From NCBI GenBank assembly GCA_964370865.1, contig CAYJKF010000003.1, positions 7,735-71,734 on the forward strand: a DNA stretch of 64,000 bases, written 5' to 3'. The position numbers and the translations under genes are program-made. A model generated the notes under the pieces. It did no database searches, was not told the origin of the DNA, and saw only the letters and a program-made list of their open reading frames with translations. The stretch comes from an uncultured Candidatus Saccharibacteria bacterium. GTDB taxonomy: Bacteria > Patescibacteriota > WWE3 > 2-01-FULL-39-13. Shown one piece after another: positions 59,256 through 64,000 of this stretch (the first letter of the stretch is position 1; every line of letters begins with the position of its first letter).

Positions 59256-59423
59256 GATTCTTACTTTAACTCTAAAAAGCTTTTTATAGCGATGTGGTTC
59301 TTTAGTGCAGTGAGTTGTAGAATCAAATTAGGAGCACTCGACTTCCGTAGGTTCGAGCGAAGTTCGGTTACCAGCTCCAAAATTATTTGTGATATTAGTA
59401 CGAATGTTATATTCTAGTTCAGT

Positions 59424-60485
59424 ATGCTATTTGACTACCCAACTGTACTATCATTTGACGATGTCTTATTAGTACCACAACGAAGCAGAGTTAACTCCAG
59501 GTCAGAGGTAGATTTAACAACACACATTACTCCAGATTTTAAATTAGATATTCCGCTTATAACATCCAACATGTCGACCATTACAGGCATAGACATGGTT
59601 TTAGAAATGAATCGACTTGGAGGAATGTCAGTTCTACATCGATTCGAATCATTAGATGAACAAATTAAAAAAATAATTTTTCTAAAAAAGAATAATGCAA
59701 AATTTGCTGTTTCTTTAGGAATAAAGAGTGACGTTTTAGAAACCGCAAGAAAACTAGTGAATGCTGGTGCATACGTGATTAATATTGACGCTGCACATGG
59801 CCACTTAGAAAAAACTCTAAAAACAATAAAGATTCTCAGAGATGAATTTGGAAGCGATGTAATTATATGGGGAGGAATAGCAGCGACATATGAAGCTGCA
59901 AGAGATCTATATGCAGCAGGCTCAGATGTTGTAACAGTTGGAGTAGGTGGAGGATCAATCTGTACCACCAGAATTCAAACTGGATGCGGACTTCCGACTT
60001 TTACGTCGATAGTTGAGGCGGCAAGGGCCGCAAAAGAATACAATCGTACAGTTATTCCACTCGCTGGCATAGAAAATTCAGGCATGATTGTCAAAGCCCT
60101 TGCCGCCGGCGCATGCGCCATAATGGGAGGAAATCTCTTTGCCGGTACAGACGAATGCCCAACTCCAATCGTAGAAATTAATGGCAAAAAATTTAAACAA
60201 TATAATGGATCAACTTCACTTACGGAAAAATCAAACCATCAGCAAAGCGGTTTAAATAATGAGAAACACTACACTACGCATATCGAAGGAGTTGAAGGAT
60301 ATGTAAGTTATAAAGGACCAGTCTCCAACGTCGTTGAAAATATGTTAGCAGGAGTGAAATCCGGATTATCCTACAGTGGGGCTACTTCTATAAAAGAGTT
60401 ACAAGAAAAAGCCAAATTCGCTAAGGTCACTCCAGCGGTTCAGAAAGAAAATAACTTCCACGATATTGTTAGAAATATTACTTAA
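59424..60485 (+). CDS. IMPDH/GMP-reductase family enzyme without a CBS subdomain (GuaC-like, 353 aa)
   Basis: TIM-barrel IMPDH signatures: active-site loop GVGGGSICTTR, N-terminal DDVLLVP. Confidence 0.8.
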   Translation: MLFDYPTVLSFDDVLLVPQRSRVNSRSEVDLTTHITPDFKLDIPLITSNMSTITGIDMVLEMNRLGGMSVLHRFESLDEQIKKIIFLKKNNAKFAVSLGIKSDVLETARKLVNAGAYVINIDAAHGHLEKTLKTIKILRDEFGSDVIIWGGIAATYEAARDLYAAGSDVVTVGVGGGSICTTRIQTGCGLPTFTSIVEAARAAKEYNRTVIPLAGIENSGMIVKALAAGACAIMGGNLFAGTDECPTPIVEINGKKFKQYNGSTSLTEKSNHQQSGLNNEKHYTTHIEGVEGYVSYKGPVSNVVENMLAGVKSGLSYSGATSIKELQEKAKFAKVTPAVQKENNFHDIVRNIT

Positions 60486-60488
60486 AGG

Positions 60489-60507
60489 GTGCTAAAATTT
60501 CATTCAG
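60489..60507 (+). promoter_or_regulatory. Conserved 19-mer GTGCTAAAATTTCATTCAG (copy 2) upstream of tRNA-Gly(UCC)
   Basis: See copy 1. Confidence 0.4.
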
Positions 60508-60573
60508 TTTATATATCTTTGCGGAAATCGATTAAGCGTTAAACGCTGACGAATACCCAGAGTGTACCCATGA

Positions 60574-60648
60574 GCGGGTATCGTATAATGGCTATTATGT
60601 CACCCTTCCAAGGTGAAGACGCGAGTTCGACTCTCGCTACCCGCTCCA
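60574..60648 (+). tRNA. tRNA-Gly (UCC)
   Basis: Acceptor GCGGGTA/TACCCGC, anticodon loop CUUCCAA, T-loop TTCGACT, CCA encoded. Confidence 0.8.
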
Positions 60649-60656
60649 TAAAAAAA

Positions 60657-61022
60657 ATGAATAAATATACATTAATTGGTTCAATAACATTTCTTATCGC
60701 ATTGAGTGAAATAGCTTTTTTACTCTGCTTATGGGTTTTTGTAATGCCAAAAATGTTTGCTATTTATGATTCTTTCAAAGTAGAAATTTCGTATTGGCCA
60801 TTAACACTTGGAACTGTATTATTAAGTTTTCTAGGACTTGGAGGACTCTTTGTAGCTTATAAACTTTTTTCAAAAGATCAAAATAATAAAAATATATACT
60901 TTAACCTTGGAATAATACAGACGATGCTTGTGTTTGTATTGGTAGGTATATTTGCAGCCTTTGTCGTTCACTCAGCGATTTCTCCTATCTATACACTTTC
61001 CACTGTTCTTGAACCTAAATAG
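60657..61022 (+). CDS. Small integral membrane protein, hypothetical (start MNKYTLIG; the longer track ORF would overlap the tRNA)
   Basis: 3-4 TM helices. Confidence 0.4.
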   Translation: MNKYTLIGSITFLIALSEIAFLLCLWVFVMPKMFAIYDSFKVEISYWPLTLGTVLLSFLGLGGLFVAYKLFSKDQNNKNIYFNLGIIQTMLVFVLVGIFAAFVVHSAISPIYTLSTVLEPK

Positions 61023-61089
61023 GAATGATCGAACCCAAACCTGAACCGACGCAAGAAGAACTCCTTTTTAAGTACATTAAGGTGACAAA

Positions 61090-61716
61090 TTGAAGCAACG
61101 GCTATATACTCGAAGTATGTTTACACTTCCGGAACTCAAGTACCAATATACTGAGCTAGAACCACATATCGATGCTACTACTATGGAAATTCACCATACA
61201 AAGCATCATCAAGCTTACATCACTAAATTGAATGAGGCTATTGATAAACATCCAGAACTCGCAAATAAAACAATTGAAGAATTATTAAGGGATGTCGACA
61301 CCACCCCAGAAGATATTCAGGCTGCAATTAAAAATCATGGTGGTGGACATCATAATCACTCCTTATTTTGGAATGTAATTGGTCCAAAAGAAACACAACC
61401 ATCTGATGTATTTCAATCAAAAATAAGTAGCCAGTTTGAATCTTATGAGAAGTTTAAGAGTGAATTTACTGAGAACGCGCTATCCAGATTTGGAAGTGGC
61501 TGGTCATGGCTTGTGAAAACATCAGTAGGTGACTTAAAATTATATTCTCTCCCAAACCAAGATTCACCAATTACACTTGGAGATACTCCACTCCTCGGAC
61601 TAGATGTTTGGGAACATGCTTACTATTTAAATTACCAAAATAGGCGAGCTGACTATGTTAATGCCTTCTGGAATATCGTTAACTGGCCTGAAGTTGAAAA
61701 AAATTACTTAAATTAG
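61090..61716 (+). CDS. sodA: Fe/Mn superoxide dismutase
   Basis: LPELKYQYTELEPHID..HHTKHHQ.Y and DVWEHAYYLNYQNRRADY signatures. Confidence 0.95.
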   Translation: MKQRLYTRSMFTLPELKYQYTELEPHIDATTMEIHHTKHHQAYITKLNEAIDKHPELANKTIEELLRDVDTTPEDIQAAIKNHGGGHHNHSLFWNVIGPKETQPSDVFQSKISSQFESYEKFKSEFTENALSRFGSGWSWLVKTSVGDLKLYSLPNQDSPITLGDTPLLGLDVWEHAYYLNYQNRRADYVNAFWNIVNWPEVEKNYLN

Positions 61717-62420
61717 ATCGAAAAATATCTACCTGAATTCACATGAAGACTTTGCCCTGTAACATGTTTTGCATTTATCAAAAATAAAATTAGTTCAGCA
61801 ATTTCCTTTGGGTCAGAAGGACTTTTTATTGGTAATCTATCGAGAATATCGGGTCTCTCCTTTAAAATATTTTTACCTAGACCAACATCCATAATACCAG
61901 GACTAATTACATTCGACCTAATACCTTTATTCGAAAACTCTCTTGCACAAGTTAACATTACCCCCTCAAATGCTCGTTTTGAAGTATGATATGGAACCTC
62001 CGATTGAGTTCCACCTTTGGTTGAAACTGAAGATATATAGGTTATTGTATGATTTGATTCTGCCAAATTCGTATTCTTAGATAACCACTTTTTAATTGCA
62101 AGTTGAGTAATTGCGAAGTGGCTTAAAAAGTTTGTCTTATATGGAAGATTAAAATCTTGTATGCTTAAATCTAAAAAATCTTTTGCCTCTAGCATTGCAT
62201 GGGCAAGAACAAGATGATCAAATGAGAGTTGATTAATTGTGGCCAAGGAGTTTTCAAAGTTTGTTAAATTTAAATCAAAGTGAGAAAAGTTTTCATTGGA
62301 TTTTAATTGAGTACCAGCCTTACCAATTGAAATAACTTTATAATTTTTATCCAATAGGGTTGAACAAACAATGGTGCCTAATCCACCATTTCCACCAGTA
62401 ACAAGTACGGTTTCTTGCAT
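61713..62420 (-). CDS. Short-chain dehydrogenase/reductase (SDR)
   Basis: TGGNGGLG cofactor motif. Catalytic YHTSK (YxxxK). Confidence 0.8.
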   Translation of the reverse strand: MQETVLVTGGNGGLGTIVCSTLLDKNYKVISIGKAGTQLKSNENFSHFDLNLTNFENSLATINQLSFDHLVLAHAMLEAKDFLDLSIQDFNLPYKTNFLSHFAITQLAIKKWLSKNTNLAESNHTITYISSVSTKGGTQSEVPYHTSKRAFEGVMLTCAREFSNKGIRSNVISPGIMDVGLGKNILKERPDILDRLPIKSPSDPKEIAELILFLINAKHVTGQSLHVNSGRYFSI

Positions 62421-62461
62421 ACTAATATACTATACCTATGTATTATGTATGTGAAGAATAT

Positions 62462-63238
62462 CTATTCAGTAGCTGATGTTTTTTTTACTTCAACATCCAA
62501 TATTTTTACTGGATTAACTGGAGTCGACATCTCACGCATCATGTTAGCTTTAACAGGTGCAGTGGCAATTTTATCTACAACATCTAATCCACCAACAACA
62601 CTTCCGAAAATCACATAATCTTTTGGTAATGGGTTATCGGCATGCATGATAAAGAATTGACTTCCATTTGTATCGGGACCGGAATTCGCCATCGCTACAG
62701 TTCCTCTTGTATATTCTCCAACAAAAACCTCATCATCAAATTTATATGCAGGACCTCCAGTTCCATCTCCTTTTGGATCACCTGATTGAATCATAAATCC
62801 ATCAATTACTCGATGAAAAATCACATCATTATAAAAACCCAATTCAGCAAGTGATACAAAATTATTTGCCGTAAGTGGCGTTTCTTTTTCATTTACATCG
62901 ATTGTTATGTCTCCTTCAGTCGTTTTTAATACTACCTGGTAATTTGTATTACTTTCCAACTCAGTTGTTGGTTTCGATAGGTTTAATTTTTCTTCTAGTG
63001 ACATCTTTACGTTTGCCATTTTTGTATCCTTTTGTGGAGTTTCAGTAGGTTTTGCAACTGACCCTGTATCATCCTGTGGGAGAGACAAGGAAGTATTTTC
63101 ATCAGAATCATAGCCAAAATCACCAGTTATCTTTGCCTCATTTGATTTTTGATTCTTAGTAGATAGGTAGACAAGACCTAAAAATCCTACAACTAATATA
63201 ACTACTAATACTAACGCTATTGTTTGATTTTTTTCCAT
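62462..63238 (-). CDS. Cyclophilin-type peptidyl-prolyl cis-trans isomerase, membrane-anchored/secreted
   Basis: N-terminal TM. FHRVIDGFMIQSGDP...GTVAMANSGPDTNGSQFFI cyclophilin core. Confidence 0.9.
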   Translation of the reverse strand: MEKNQTIALVLVVILVVGFLGLVYLSTKNQKSNEAKITGDFGYDSDENTSLSLPQDDTGSVAKPTETPQKDTKMANVKMSLEEKLNLSKPTTELESNTNYQVVLKTTEGDITIDVNEKETPLTANNFVSLAELGFYNDVIFHRVIDGFMIQSGDPKGDGTGGPAYKFDDEVFVGEYTRGTVAMANSGPDTNGSQFFIMHADNPLPKDYVIFGSVVGGLDVVDKIATAPVKANMMREMSTPVNPVKILDVEVKKTSATE

Positions 63239-63316
63239 AAGGACTTTTTAACACATGCGGAATTTAATATCTATAATCCAATAAATTTTGATAGTATAAT
63301 GTGAGGTGTGACATTT

Positions 63317-63393
<77 letters not shown>

Positions 63394-63409
63394 CATTATA
63401 AATGGGAGG

Positions 63410-64000
63410 ATGTCTTTAAACATCTTGCCCATGGAATCAAAAGTAAATCTCCAGAAATTAAAAGAAAACACTATTAAAGTATTCAATGACTGTTTACTAC
63501 CAAATGGATGCTTAGTAGCCGCGCCATCGCATATGCCATATTATCCATCTCATGCAAAAAGCTATTTGTATAGCTGGCCTGGCAGAGATAATGGATTTAA
63601 TCTTCTTGCGATGGCGCACATTGGTTTCGACAAATACGAACCAGTTTTAACTTGGCTTTGGGAAAGAGCCGAAGATTTCCAGATTGCTATCGAGCCACAC
63701 CATCCCGGATTAATCCATCGCAGTTATTATCCAAACGGAACAATTAGAGAATATCAATTTCAACCAGATCAAGGCGCTACTTTAATATGGAGCATTGATG
63801 AAAAAAACAAACTATTTAATAAATCACCAAGTAGACTTGAAACAAAAATTATTAGAGCTTTAGCTGAGGCTTATAGAACAATATGGAGTGAAAATAAGTT
63901 CACGCTTAACATCGAAGACATCTGGGAAGAAAGAGAACTGGCCATAGACCATGGAAATTTCACTTATTCACTCTCCGTTTGTGCAATTGCAATGGAACGA
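63410..64000 (+). CDS. GH15-family (glucoamylase/trehalase-like) glycoside hydrolase, 3'-partial (runs off the window; not in the supplied ORF track)
   Basis: Manual translation from the ATG at 63410 gives MSLNILPMESKVNLQKLKENTIKVFNDCLLPNGCLVAAPSHMPYYP...SYLYSWPGRDNGFNLLAMAHIG, resembling the GH15 Y.YvWpRDaa...al signature. No stop before the window end. Confidence 0.5.
   Translation, partial: MSLNILPMESKVNLQKLKENTIKVFNDCLLPNGCLVAAPSHMPYYPSHAKSYLYSWPGRDNGFNLLAMAHIGFDKYEPVLTWLWERAEDFQIAIEPHHPGLIHRSYYPNGTIREYQFQPDQGATLIWSIDEKNKLFNKSPSRLETKIIRALAEAYRTIWSENKFTLNIEDIWEERELAIDHGNFTYSLSVCAIAMER

Overview
This is an AT-rich, gene-dense bacterial window read in the standard genetic code (ORFs are long and uninterrupted, so UGA recoding was rejected). 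Genes are short and often overlap by 4-8 nt, which suggests a small-genome, possibly CPR/Patescibacteria-like organism, though this is uncertain.

Housekeeping content includes a DEAD-box helicase, AspRS, PBP1A, PolX, the hrcA-grpE-dnaK-dnaJ operon with a CIRCE-like palindrome, KsgA, FemAB, TrmD, SOD, cyclophilin, an SDR, a GuaC/IMPDH-like enzyme and 8 tRNAs.

The more notable blocks are:
1. A csoR-copA-(membrane+cupredoxin)-copZ copper operon with a clear CsoR operator palindrome overlapping the -10 element.
2. A tight five-gene operon: ferredoxin, membrane-anchored protein, polyacidic secreted protein, cytoplasmic ApbE flavin transferase and a NOX/ferric-reductase-like bis-heme flavocytochrome carrying extracellular TSP3 Ca-binding repeats. 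It is a candidate trans-membrane electron-transfer system.
3. Two sortase-like genes, one overlapping the end of a surface-protein ORF that carries an internal LPXTG-like module.
4. A roughly 14-20 kb accessory region ending at tRNA-Gln. It holds a large serine recombinase whose 3' end overlaps the tRNA antisense, an Xis-like HTH and many small ORFs. It also holds a 1294-aa Upf1-like SF1 helicase fused to a DUF559/Vsr-like nuclease, and an 895-aa protein with 12 tandem Cys-rich zinc-ribbon repeats interrupted by a second DUF559-like nuclease core. These last two form a candidate undescribed defense or selfish-nuclease module.
5. A GH8 / GT2 (QxxRW) / GT-C exopolysaccharide (cellulose-synthase-like) operon.
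6. A 3-kb segment bracketed by two tRNA-Gly genes that share a conserved upstream 19-mer, containing a standalone TIR-like-domain protein.

All calls rest on motif recognition by eye; no searches were run.
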